64,000 bases of DNA from Chlorobiota bacterium (GTDB lineage: Bacteria; Bacteroidota; Ignavibacteria; OLB7), in assembly GCA_016710285.1 (NCBI GenBank), contig JADJXR010000001.1, positions 3,086,955 through 3,150,954 on the forward strand, written 5' to 3'. Position numbers and translations under genes: made by a program. Below the pieces are notes generated by a model that was not told the DNA's origin, ran no database searches, and worked only from the letters and a program-made list of their open reading frames with translations. Shown here one piece after another: positions 36,546 to 47,595 of the stretch (its first letter is position 1; each line of letters begins with the position of its first letter).

Positions 36546-39500
36546 TCAGCGAAGAACCACCACCGGCGTTGCGGCCCACCCGTAATCGGTTTCCAACACC
36601 AGCTGGTAAACCCCGCTGGCAAGTTCGGGAATTGGCAGTTGCAGATGGTGGTGTCCGGCGGCAACCACGTGCGGCGCGGTTTGGTGTTGGATGGTTCCAT
36701 CGGCAGCCACAAGGCGGAAGCGGAGTGTTGCCCAATCGGGAGCATCTACCTCAACGGTGATCTGGTCGCGCGCGGGTTGCGGGCTGATTTTCACCACGCG
36801 TGGTTGCGCCACAAACCGCAGCCCCGCTTCCCAGCAATCGCCCAACAGTGTGAAGTTCCCGTTGACGGTGTCGGCACTCACGTTCCATTTGTTCCAAGCG
36901 AACGATTGGAACTGCAACGGAGTGATCTTCCGGTCCCCAAACATTGCGGTGCAGAACAGGGTGGCAATCGTGTCGGCGTTCGCATCCGATAGATGCCCCA
37001 CAAGCTCCACCGTCGCATCGCCAGTTTTTGGATTGGCCTTATAGGTTGCCGCCCCCCCCGCCGCGCTGTCGAACCGGAGCAGTGCCGTGCTGAAACTGAT
37101 GCTGGTGCGGAAGGTGTCGGGCGCGATTCGGTTGAACGCTGCGCGGTCGGCCAGCTGCACCACAATCGGCAGCCGCACCGGCTGGTTGACGTGCGCCGAT
37201 GCCTCGGGAAGCCGCACGGTGGTTGCCGTTCGCTCCCCCGATTCGCCGCTGGCATAGATGGTTGCGGCAACCCCGCATCTTCCATCAACGATTTCCAACG
37301 TCTGGCTGAATTGCCCGGGCGCGGTTGGAAGAAACCGCACGTTCAGCAACGCGGTTTGCCCGGGCAACGGGTTGGCCGGGGTTGCGCCGGTGATCTGGAA
37401 CTCCCCAGCACTCACCGGAAGATTCCAAGCCAGCGGTGCTGTTCCGGTGTTCACCACGCGCAGCGTGAAGTTGGCGGCTTCGTTCGGCGGATGATTTCCC
37501 GCCACCACAACGCTGTCAAGCAACAGGAACCGGATGGCGTGGCGATACCCGCGCAGCTGGATCGTGTCGTGGCCGCTGGGACCGTTGTTTTTCAGGACCA
37601 CTGCCCCCCGTTTCTCCCCCTCCGAACCTGGGCGGAACCCAATGGCCACAACACCTTTCTGGCCAACCGGAACGCGCAACGGCAACGCCCCTTCAATGCG
37701 GAAATTTCCTTCGGGATCGTTGATGATTGTTGCCGAATCAATCGCCAATTCTGCGCCGCCATTGTTCTCAATCTCCATCATCGCACTCTTCGCGCTCTCG
37801 GCCACGCACCACAAGGTGTCGAACGCGGGGGGGGTGATGGTGGCGATTGGTTGATTCCCGGAAGCCAGCAGTTTCACCCTTGCGGAGTCGGCGCAATTCG
37901 GCTGGTATCCAAAGGCGATTTCGGCATTGAACGTGGTGTTGAACGGAAGCACCAGCAACCGAATATGCAGCCGGACCGAGTCGCCCGGGGCAACGATTCG
38001 GGGGAGCTGCCCATCCAGAAATTTGAACCACGCTTTGTCGTTCCCGCCAATCGCTTCCCCCTGCACCGTTGCCGGAATCGTCCCGCGGTTCCACAACGCC
38101 ACGAAGGTGTCAACCGGGGCGGCGGCTCCGGTGCGGAACGTGATGTTGGGGACCTCGGCAATCAGCATGATGGAGTCGCGGCGGCCACGAAGCGCGATGG
38201 TTGCTGGGCTGGTGGGGTCGTTGGAAACCACCCGCAGGGTCGCCGTTTTTTCGCCGAAGGTTGCCGGGGCAAGCCGCACCGGAACTTGGATTGCCCCCTG
38301 GGGCGGAACCGTGACCGGCCCGCTTGCCGTGGGGATGCTTAGCAGTTGGAAGCCTTCGTTGTTGTCGGCAAGCTCAATCGTGGTGATGGAAAGGTCCACC
38401 GTGCCGACGTTCCTCAGCTGCAGGATGGTGTCGCGTGCGGCTGCGCCGCAATCAATCGCCGGAAGCGCAACGGGCGCAACCGCACCCAACGTGGGGATTG
38501 CCGCGCTCCGCCCGGTAACGATTGTGCTGGCGCTCCCGCACCCTTGTTGCAGCGTGAACCGAAGCTCGGCGCTGGCGGCTTTCCCTGGCTCAGGGAAGAA
38601 GCGTAAAAGAAGGCTCAGGCATTCCCCGGGGGCCAGCGCAAAAGCCCCGCCGCCGCTGGCAATCTGGAACGGGCCATCGCTTGGGATAATCTCTGCTTCC
38701 CCGCGCAAGGTGTCGGTTCCGGTGTTGCAGATGCTGCGGGCAACGGTGGTGTCGAAACGGGTTCGCCCTTCGGGCTGGTTCCCCATATCTATCACGCTTT
38801 GGTGGGTGAATTGGCAGGGCTGGACCCCAATGCCAAAGATGCTTGCGGTGTCGCGTGCGCCGCAGCTTCCGGCCACCACCAGCCAAGCGCGAATCGTGTC
38901 AAGGCGGGTGGGGCCAAAGCGGAGCCGCAGCGGCAGCGATTCCCCGGGATTGATTGTTGCTGGCAGTCCGGAAGGAACCACGCTGAACATCGCTGCGTCG
39001 GGACCGATTGCCCACGCCGAATCCACTTGCAGAGGCCTGGTCCCCGGGTTGCGAATGGCGTTGGGGAAATCGGCCTGGCCAAACTGATAGCGGAGAACAA
39101 CCCCGGCAAACCCAGCATCCCCTTCCAACAACATCACCTGCTGGCGTTCAACGGAAAAGAAGCTGCGGGAGGAATCTTGCAGCGGCTCGATAGGAAGATC
39201 AATCGCCCGAACCCGGTGGTTGTTCAGGTCGCAGAAGTACAGGCGGTTATCGGCCACAATGGGGGCGGTGGGGTAGTTCAGTTGGGCAGCCGACGGGTCC
39301 CCTTTGTCGCCGCTGAATCCCGGCGTTCCGGTTCCGGCGATTGTGGTGATGATGCCGCTTTGCAGGTCCAGCCGGCGGATCCGGTGGTTGGCCGCATCGG
39401 TGATGTAGGCAAACCGCCCGGCCACAGCAATCCCGGAAGGGCGGTCCAGCCGTGCGGCGGTGGCGGGACCTCCATCGCCACCAAATCCTCCAACCCCTCC

Positions 39501-41713
39501 GTCGGCAGTTCCGGCAACGATTGCCGCTTCACCAGTGGAAAGGGTAATCCGGCGGACGACGTTCGCTGCGGTCTCCACCACAAACAGCTCGTCGCCGCGC
39601 AACGCCACCGATGTTGGATTCCCCAAACGGATGCTCCGCGCAGCGGTGGAATCCCCGGGGACCATTGGGCCGGCAATGGTGGTGATGGTTCGCGTCCGCA
39701 GGTCAATTGCCCGTATGCGGTCCACCCCATCGGAGCCGAACAGCGTGGGGTCCAGGCCCGGGCCGATTCTTCCCGCCGCCAGCGCCTGCGGGGAGCTGAA
39801 CGTTGCCGACACTCCATCGCCGCCGTCGCCGCTGTTTCCGGGCTGGCCATTTCCGGCAATGGTTCCAATCGTCCTTGTGCGCCGGTCAATCGCCCTGACC
39901 CGGTTGTTTCCGGCATCGGCAAGGTAGATGCGCTGGGCATCGGCCAGCGCGTGGCGTGGGTTGCGAAGCTGCGCCAGCGTTGCCGGACCTCCATCGCCGC
40001 TGGACCCTGGTTGCGCGGTTCCCGCCACGGTGGTAATCACCCCTGTTGGAAGATGGACTTGCCGGATGCGGTGCGCCGCTTCCTCGGTAATCAGCAGGAT
40101 GCTATCGCTGATGGAAATCCCAGTGGGGCTCCAAAGTTTTGCCCCCAACGCCGCGATGCTATCGCCGCCGTTCCCGCCGCCGGCCACCGTTGTGATGATG
40201 GAGCGTGGGTCGGGGATGGTGGAAACGCGGATGCGATACGCCCCCGCCATTGGCGGTTTCCACGTGTACGAATAGCCCTGCACCGAAGTGATTGCCCGCC
40301 AGATACGATCGGCCCCGGAGTACTCCAGCCGCACCGGTGTCCCCGATGGAACGCCGGCCCAGAAAATCGGCACCGAATCGCAAATGGTGAACGATTCGCC
40401 GCCGGTGGGGCTAAGCAGCCGCAGGGTCCCCGTTGGTTGCGGTTTGGGCGTTCCCCCCACAACCACAACCGGCGCGCTGGGGCAGGGGAGCGTTCCGAAC
40501 GTCACGGTTCCGGTGTCGGGGACCGTGGGGAATGCCGGGGCGTAGCGGATCACCACCGTGCGCCCGCTGTCGCGCTGCAGGGTGAACGGCGGCGGCGCGC
40601 CCCCCCAATCGGCAATGCTGAACGGCTTCCCGGAAAGGAGCAACGCGCTTGCCACCACCACCGAATCGTGCCGGGCGGTGATCCGAATGGAAAGATCGCG
40701 GCTGCCCCCCGCCGGAACCGTTCCGAACCAGAGGAAGGTGTTGCTGGCCTCCAGCAATCCATTCCGAACGGGGGGGGCAAGGTAGTTGCGGCGGTTCTGC
40801 AGCTTCAGCCGAACCAGCGTCATCACAAGGTCGCGCCCCCGCTGGATTGCGCCGCAGCCAATGGGGCTAATCCACTGAATCTTGCATGGCCGATACCCGC
40901 CAACGCCCAACCCAATGCCGCGCATTGCCGCGCGCGATTCCTCCTCGGTCGTCACCATGTCGAACCACTCGCCCCCGGTTTGCTCAACAACGCGCCGCAT
41001 CTCAAAAGGGATTCTGGCGCGGATGATGACCGCATGAATCTCAATCTTCTGGGCCTTTGCCAGCTTGATGATGGAGTCGGCATCCGATTGCTGGATGGAG
41101 GAGCCATCGGTCACCAGAAGGATCATTTTGCGGGTGGCTGCGGGAACGGTTTTGAACGATGCGATCGCGCCGGCACCATCCTCCAGCAACGCGTTTGCGG
41201 TGTTGGTTCCGCCGGTGTGATACAGCAATCCAAGGCTGCTGGTGATTGGCTCCGCCGTGCCGATAAAACCGGTTTCGGTGGTGGGAATGTTGTGGTAGGA
41301 GGTCAGCCCAATGGTGTTCCCGGTGGAGAAATTGAAGTTGTTGGTGAAGTCAATCATGCCGGAAATGGCCAGCGTTAATTTCCCGTTCCCCATGGATCCG
41401 CTGCGGTCGGCAAGAATCCGAATGGCGGTTTTCTGGGGTGGGGTCTGCGGCGGGCAGGTGGGGAAAGGATGGTTGCAACCGGCGCGCCGTTCTCGGTGAT
41501 GCTGAAATCTTGCGGGGTCAATCCCTGAACCACATCCCCGTTGGCATCCAACGCAATAAACCGCGCCGTCACCAGCGGGAACGCGGTGATGTCAACATCG
41601 AACAGATCAAACCGCTGCGCGCTGGCCGCCGGTGGCACAAGGGCAACCAGCCCGCCACACACCAACCAGCAGAGCAGTGGCATCACGTTCCGAAGAATAA
41701 GGCAGATGGGCAT
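36546..41713 (-). CDS. Giant secreted adhesin-like protein (vWA domain, NHL-repeat beta-propeller, multiple Ig-like domains, T9SS CTD). Paralog 1, with a 1-nt frameshift near 41455-41470.
   Basis: The N-terminal ORF 41375-41713 (signal peptide plus start of the vWA domain) and the 36546-41393 ORF join if one C is added in a C-run, giving ...TILSPTCPPQTPPQKTAIRILADRSGSMGNG. This parallels QCPPPTDAGPASVVLVNDHSGSM in paralog 2. NHL repeats (GDGGPA...HR(I/V)R). C-terminal CTD is ISPQPA...SGVYQLVL. Confidence 0.6.
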
Positions 41714-41767
41714 GATTGCTGTGAAGAAAAAATATCTGAGGCAGGAGAATGAAGAGAACGGAGGAAG

Positions 41768-42190
41768 GAATCAACCGCCAAACCCATTTCCCCCCAGCAT
41801 TCAAGGAACAGGGTAGCCGCCCCGACCTCCGTCGGGATTGATAAAAGGTCTTTAGCCTTCGGTGTCTGTAGCTGGCAGAGGTGGGGTGAGTTTCACCGAG
41901 AACGGAATCAACCGCCAAACCCATTTCCCCCAGGATTCAAGGAACAGGGTAGCCGAAGGTCTTTAGCCTTCGGTGTCTTTAGCCTTCGGTGTCTGTAGCT
42001 GCCAGAAGTGACATGAGTTTCACCGAGAACGGAATCAACCGCCAAACCCATTTCCCCCAGGATTCAAGGAACAGGGTAGCCGAAGGTCTTTAGCCTTCGG
42101 TGTCTTTAGCCTTCGGTGTCTGTAGCTGCCAGAAGTGACATGAGCTTCACCGAGAACGGAATCAACCGCCAAACCCATTTCCCCCCAGCA
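41768..42190. repeat. Tandem array of about 3.5 copies of a ~120-bp unit containing REP-family modules (locus D), lying between the two adhesin paralogs.
   Basis: The unit gaatcaaccgccaaacccatttcccccaggattcaaggaacagggtagccgaaggtctttagccttcggtgtctttagccttcggtgtctgtagctgccagaagtgacatgagtttcaccgagaacg is repeated with near identity. The first copy carries ggtagccgccccgacctccgtcgggattgataaaaggtctttagccttcgg. Confidence 0.65.
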
Positions 42191-42262
42191 TTGGGGGGAC
42201 GCTTCGCCGCTTGCGGCGAAGCAGGGGGGCGCGGCGGTGAAACCCTTATCCACTACTCACCC

Positions 42263-45200
42263 TCATCGAAGAATCACCACCGGCGTTGCTGCCCATCCGT
42301 AATCGGTTTCCAACACCAGCTGATAAACTCCGCTGGAAAGATTAAGAACTGGTAGCTGCAGATGGTGATGCCCGGCGGCAACCACCTGCGGCGCGGTTTG
42401 GTGTTGGATGGCTCCATCAGCAGCCACAAGGCGGAAGCGGAGCGTTGCCCAGTCGGGAGCATCCACCTCAACGGTGATCTGGTCGCGCGCGGGTTGCGGG
42501 CTGATTTTCACCACGCGTGGTTGCGCCACAAACCGCAGCCCCGCTTCCCAGCAATCGCCAACAATGGCAAAGGTTCCGTTGACGGTGTCGGCACTCACGT
42601 TCCACTTGTTCCAAGCGAACGATTGGAACTGCAACGGAGTGATCTTCCGGTCCCCCAGCAACGCCGTTCCAAGCAGGGTTGCCAGTGTGTCGCTGTTGCG
42701 GTAATCGCCGGCGATGGTGAGCGTCACCTGGCCCGTGGTTTTGTCGCGGACCTGCGAGACCAGCTGGGCACCAATCACCGAATCGCACCGCAGGATTGCG
42801 TTGCTGAAGGAGATTGTGGTGCTGAAGGAATCGGGCGCGATCTGTTGGAACGTCGCAGGGTCGTGTATCCGAAGCGTGATTGGGAGCAGCACCTGGTGCC
42901 CCACGTAGGCCGATGCCACCGGAAGCGTCACCTGGGTGGAGGTCTGCCGGCCCGAACGCCCGAACAACGCCAGCGGCAGCGATTGATCGCAAAGTTTTTC
43001 GGCCACCAGAATGCTGTCGGCAACAATACCATCGGCGGCGGGCGCAAAGCGGATGGTGAGCGTTGAAGATTCCCCAGGCTGCACGATTGGCGGCGCGGCG
43101 GAAACAATGGTGAACGCCCCAACCGAGCGCGGCACATTCCATTCAATCGGGAAGGTCCCGGTGTTGGTGGCGGTGATTGTTTGCTGGGCCGCTCCGCCGC
43201 TGGGGAGCAATCCAAAATCAATCGTTTGTGCCGAGAGTATGAAGCTGATGGTCTGTTTGATCCCCACCAATGGGACCCGAATTGCGGTGTCGGCACCGTC
43301 GTTCACCAGCACGGCGCGGGCCAGCGTCACCCCGTTGCTGCGGGGGCGGAACTGCGCCGTAATCGTTTGCGTGGCAAGGGGGGGAAGGGTGATTGGCGGC
43401 GCGCTTGGCAGCCGCAGCGTGAACTCGCCGTCGGGGTCATCTTCGATTCGTATTTCGGTAATCGTCAGCGGGTCGGCCCCTTCGTTCGTAATCTGGAAGG
43501 TCCCTTCGGTCATGGTGTCGCGGTCGCAAACCAGTTGGCGGATGTTTGGGGTTGTGGCCGCCAACAGCGGTCGCGAGCCGAGCGTGTTCAGGGCAACCCG
43601 CAGCGTATCTGGGCCGCAATTTGGGCTGAAGGCCAGCCGTAATTCCGCTTGGAAAATCGCCCCCGCCGAACGCTGCAACGCGCGCACAGCAAACCGCGCG
43701 GAATCCCCCGGCAGGATTGCCCGAGGCGTTTGCCCTGGCATCAGCAAAAACTTGCTTGCATGGTTCCCAACAATGCCCGCATCGGTGATGGAAATCGGCA
43801 AGGTTCCGGTGTTCCACACCACCACGAACGTATCCACCGGGAAGCTGGCTGCGGGGTGGGTAAACGTCAGCGAGCCTTGCTCGGCACGTGCGCCGATGGT
43901 GTCGCGCTGGCCGGTGAGTGGGATTGCAAAGGGGCTGGCGGGGTCGTTTGATATCACCCGCAGCACGGCCCCTTTTGTGCCAGCCGTTGCTGGATTGAAC
44001 CGCACCCGCAACGTGTCGCTTCCGCCGCCAGGGATCACCATTGGCGCGGCTGGGGTTGGCGGGTTCAGCAGTGCGAAGCCTTGATCGGCAGGAAGGATGT
44101 CGGCATTGGTGATGCTAAGCGGGATGTCGCCCAGGTTCTGCACGGCAATGATGGTGTCGTGCGGGGCGGCGGTGCAAACCGTTGTGGGGAATCCCACGCC
44201 AGCAACCGAGGCAAGCCGCTGCGGCGCAAGCCCGCGCCCGTACAGCGTTGTGGAAGCGTATCCACATTCGGTTGGAATGTTGTACTCCAATTCCGCCGTG
44301 ATCCTTCCCGACGCAAGGGGCGCGAACCGCACCTGCACGTTTAGGCAATCCCCAGGCTGCAACGTAAACTTCCCGCCGGTGGAAAGAAGCCGGAACGCTC
44401 CGTTGGGCGGATTCAACTCCAATCGGCCCGAGATTGGTGCGGACCCGGTGTTGCACAGCGGGACGGTCAGCACCGTATCCTTGGCTTGGTTGCCAAGCAC
44501 GATTTCGCCAAGCTCGGCCAGCGGGGTGAAGGTAAGGCCACAGGGGAGAAGGCCTTCGCCGCGAAGCGCAAGGGTGTCGGCAATTCCGCAAGGGCCAAAG
44601 ATCACCAGCGTTGCCGAAAGCGTCCCGGCGCGTTGTGGGAAGAACCGAAGCTCAACAGTGCGGCGGTCGTTGGGGTTCAGGATGTCCGAAGTCAACCCCG
44701 ATACGCCTTCGAACGAGGCGGAGTCGGGGCCAACAATGGCGAACGAGTCAATGGCGGCGGCAACGCTGCCAACATTGCAGATGGTTTGCGGCAGCAACGT
44801 GTCGCGCCGGCTGCCGATTGCTTGGCGGCCAAAATCCACCGTGCGGTTCGGGGTCCAGGGGCGAAGCAGGATGGAGGGGCGTGCAACCGTGAATGCTTGG
44901 CTGTTGCTGTCAACGCCGGCATCGGTGGGAAGCTGGAACGCGCGGACGCTGTTGTTCCGAACATCGCAGAAATAGAGCGTGCCGTTGTACACCAGTGGCG
45001 ACATCGGGAAATTGATCTTGCTTTCGTTGGCAAGTTTCCCTTCGCCGCTGTAGCCGGCAACCCCTGTTCCCGCCACCGTTCTTGTTGCTCCGGTCAGCAA
45101 GTTCACCCGAAGAATCCGGTTGTTGCTGGCATCGGTGATGAATAAGTTTTGGCCAACAACCGCCACCCCCGTTGGCGACCGCAGTTGCCAATTGCTGATT

Positions 45201-47425
45201 GGCTTGCTGCCGGGGTCGGTGCTTACTCCAACAAGGTCTTGAATCTGGTTTGCCCCCAAATCGGCGCGGCGCACAAGGTTGCTTCCTGCCTCGGCAATGA
45301 ACATCTCATCCCCCTGCATCGCGATTCCGATGGGGGCAAGCAGATACGCCCCGCGAGCGGTTCCCCGTTCCAGCAAAATCCGATTTCCCACTTCGGTGGA
45401 GATGGTTCCATCGGTAAGGCTAATGGCGCGGATGCGGTAGCTGTCGTCGGAGAAAAACAGGTAGGGGATGCCTTGCGATCCGTAGGACCCAAGGGTGAAA
45501 TTTAGCGGGCCGTAGATCATCGCCGCCCGTGCATCGCCGCCGTCGCCGCTGAACCCCGCTTGGCCGATACCAGCAGCAGTGCTGATCTGCCCCGTGGCAA
45601 AATCCACCATGCGGACGCGGTGGTTATCGTGGTCGGCAATGTAGGCCCGGTCGTTCATGGCAAGCACCCCCGCCGGACCCGCCAGCCGTGCCTGGTTGGC
45701 CGGGCCTCCATCGCCGGAATTCCCCGGCGCGCCGGTTCCCGCCATGGTGCTGATAATCCCTGTCTGCAAGTTCACCACCCGCACCCGGTGCCCACCGGAT
45801 TCGGCGATAAACAATCGGTTGTTGCTGATGGATATTCCCGTTGGGGAGCGTAGTTCGGCAGCGGTTGCTTGGATAAGGTCCCCACCGGGTCCGCCGCCAG
45901 CAACGGTGAAAAGTGGGGAAGAGGTAAAATCGTTTGCCGAGACGCGAATCCGGTACGGCCCGGCGCTTGGCGGTGCCCACATCATTTGGCCACCGGTGGC
46001 GGTGTCAATAAAGTGCCATTGCTTATCGCTGCCGGAATACTCCACCCAGACCTTCGTTTCGGGAGGGGGGCCGGCCCATTGAATCAGGATGCTGTCGCAG
46101 CCGGAATAGATTGCGCCACTGATGGGAGAAAGGAGTTGAATCTGGTCCCCTCCCTGCGCCGGACGGTCGCTGCCGCCGGCAAGGAAGATGTCGTTGGCGG
46201 GGCAAGGGTCGGTGGTAAGTTGCAGCAGTGCGGTGTAGGAGCCGTGCCGGTCGGCATCGAACCGGACGCTAAGGACGCGCTGCTGCCCGGCGTCCAGGGT
46301 GAACGGCGGCACGCTTCCCCCCCAATCGGTGATGCTGAACGGTTGCCCTGCGGTAATGGTCGCCCCCTGCACCGTGAACGGCCCGCGCTTTGCGGTGATG
46401 GTGCATTGCACCACCCGCCCGCTCCCTTCCGGATAACCACCAAACCAAAGGAACGCTGGCTGCGCTTCCAGCACCGCCACTTTTTCCTCGGGGGCTATGT
46501 ATCGGACCTCGGCTTTTTTGCCGTGCGGGATTAACTCAATTTTGGCGGTGCGGAAGATGCTTTCGTCCCCGCAAATGGGTTTCACTTTCCAGCGAAGCGT
46601 GCACGGCGCGTAGCCCTGGTTGCTGATGGCAATCGAGCGATACACCCCCTGCATCTCCCCTTTGCTGTTGACGTTGCTGTACCACGTCCCGCCGGTTTCC
46701 TCGGCAATCTGCCGCAGCGAAAAAGGGATGGATAGGCCGATCGTGATAACGTGAATCTCGATGTTTAAGGCCTTTGCATTGTTGATGATCTGCGACGTTT
46801 TTGTGATCGTCCCCGACAAGCCATCGGTAAGGAACACCAAGATGCGGCGGTTGTTGAGGGGGCGGTCGGAAAGCATGGTGATGCCGCCAAGCAGTGCGTC
46901 AAGAAATGCGGGGTTGTAGTCGGTCCCGCCATCGGCACGCATGGTGTCCATTGCGGCGATCAAATGGGAGGGGGAGGAGCGGAAATCGCAAAGGATGGAG
47001 GGCTTGGTGTTGAAGGCCGTCAGGGCAACCTCGCTTCCTTGCTGGAAATCGAACGTGGTTAAAAATGCGCGGGTCCCCTCCTTCACAACATCCAACCGCG
47101 AAACGCCCGATTCGGTTTCTTCAATCATCGAGCCGCTGTGGTCGTTCACCAGCACCACGCTGGCCGGGCCGGCATCCGTCGGTGGGGGGCATTGCGCTTG
47201 CACCACGGCCTGGGCCGCGACACCATTATCGGTAATCGAAAAATCATCGGTGAAAAGGTTGGTGATTGGCCTTCCCGCGCCATCCAGCAAAAGGTACTTT
47301 GCCGAGATTTCAGGGTACGCCGAAGCATCCACGCCAAACACCGAAAACGATTGCGCGGAAAGAGAACAAGCAAGGGAAAGAAGCAGCAGCAGAGAAGTCG
47401 TCGAGTATCGTAGCATCGGGGGCAT
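42263..47425 (-). CDS. Giant secreted adhesin-like protein (vWA/MIDAS, NHL-repeat propeller, multiple Ig-like domains, T9SS CTD). Paralog 2, intact.
   Basis: Signal peptide MPPMLRYSTTSLLLLLSLACSLSAQ. vWA with DHSGSM...LTDG. NHL repeats. The C-terminal ~150 aa are about 95% identical at DNA level to paralog 1. Confidence 0.65.
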   Translation of the reverse strand: MPPMLRYSTTSLLLLLSLACSLSAQSFSVFGVDASAYPEISAKYLLLDGAGRPITNLFTDDFSITDNGVAAQAVVQAQCPPPTDAGPASVVLVNDHSGSMIEETESGVSRLDVVKEGTRAFLTTFDFQQGSEVALTAFNTKPSILCDFRSSPSHLIAAMDTMRADGGTDYNPAFLDALLGGITMLSDRPLNNRRILVFLTDGLSGTITKTSQIINNAKALNIEIHVITIGLSIPFSLRQIAEETGGTWYSNVNSKGEMQGVYRSIAISNQGYAPCTLRWKVKPICGDESIFRTAKIELIPHGKKAEVRYIAPEEKVAVLEAQPAFLWFGGYPEGSGRVVQCTITAKRGPFTVQGATITAGQPFSITDWGGSVPPFTLDAGQQRVLSVRFDADRHGSYTALLQLTTDPCPANDIFLAGGSDRPAQGGDQIQLLSPISGAIYSGCDSILIQWAGPPPETKVWVEYSGSDKQWHFIDTATGGQMMWAPPSAGPYRIRVSANDFTSSPLFTVAGGGPGGDLIQATAAELRSPTGISISNNRLFIAESGGHRVRVVNLQTGIISTMAGTGAPGNSGDGGPANQARLAGPAGVLAMNDRAYIADHDNHRVRMVDFATGQISTAAGIGQAGFSGDGGDARAAMIYGPLNFTLGSYGSQGIPYLFFSDDSYRIRAISLTDGTISTEVGNRILLERGTARGAYLLAPIGIAMQGDEMFIAEAGSNLVRRADLGANQIQDLVGVSTDPGSKPISNWQLRSPTGVAVVGQNLFITDASNNRILRVNLLTGATRTVAGTGVAGYSGEGKLANESKINFPMSPLVYNGTLYFCDVRNNSVRAFQLPTDAGVDSNSQAFTVARPSILLRPWTPNRTVDFGRQAIGSRRDTLLPQTICNVGSVAAAIDSFAIVGPDSASFEGVSGLTSDILNPNDRRTVELRFFPQRAGTLSATLVIFGPCGIADTLALRGEGLLPCGLTFTPLAELGEIVLGNQAKDTVLTVPLCNTGSAPISGRLELNPPNGAFRLLSTGGKFTLQPGDCLNVQVRFAPLASGRITAELEYNIPTECGYASTTLYGRGLAPQRLASVAGVGFPTTVCTAAPHDTIIAVQNLGDIPLSITNADILPADQGFALLNPPTPAAPMVIPGGGSDTLRVRFNPATAGTKGAVLRVISNDPASPFAIPLTGQRDTIGARAEQGSLTFTHPAASFPVDTFVVVWNTGTLPISITDAGIVGNHASKFLLMPGQTPRAILPGDSARFAVRALQRSAGAIFQAELRLAFSPNCGPDTLRVALNTLGSRPLLAATTPNIRQLVCDRDTMTEGTFQITNEGADPLTITEIRIEDDPDGEFTLRLPSAPPITLPPLATQTITAQFRPRSNGVTLARAVLVNDGADTAIRVPLVGIKQTISFILSAQTIDFGLLPSGGAAQQTITATNTGTFPIEWNVPRSVGAFTIVSAAPPIVQPGESSTLTIRFAPAADGIVADSILVAEKLCDQSLPLALFGRSGRQTSTQVTLPVASAYVGHQVLLPITLRIHDPATFQQIAPDSFSTTISFSNAILRCDSVIGAQLVSQVRDKTTGQVTLTIAGDYRNSDTLATLLGTALLGDRKITPLQFQSFAWNKWNVSADTVNGTFAIVGDCWEAGLRFVAQPRVVKISPQPARDQITVEVDAPDWATLRFRLVAADGAIQHQTAPQVVAAGHHHLQLPVLNLSSGVYQLVLETDYGWAATPVVILR

Positions 47426-47595
47426 AACACACCTTCAATAAGGTTGATACAAACGACCGAAATGGAGACGCAGAAAAATCACACTTCCCCCCAAGAAAAA
47501 CAAGAGAGGAGAGGGAGTTTTTTCGCGATCTACCGGCGGTAAACCGATGCACCGTTGCGATGCACGCCCCCGGGGAAGCCAAACCACTTGGGGAG

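Noticed and set aside
38799-41378. 859-aa plus-strand ORF (and many 100-450 aa ORFs such as 36993-38342, 37927-39087, 42362-43066, 43011-44084) inside the adhesin genes.
   Set aside because: They are antisense to long genes with clear domain content. Arg/Gly/Ala-rich composition is typical of spurious ORFs in high-GC DNA.
41768-42190. Possible CRISPR array (regularly spaced repeats).
   Set aside because: The segments between the repeated cores are themselves identical from unit to unit. It is a tandem minisatellite of one ~120-bp unit with no unique spacers, and there are no cas genes.
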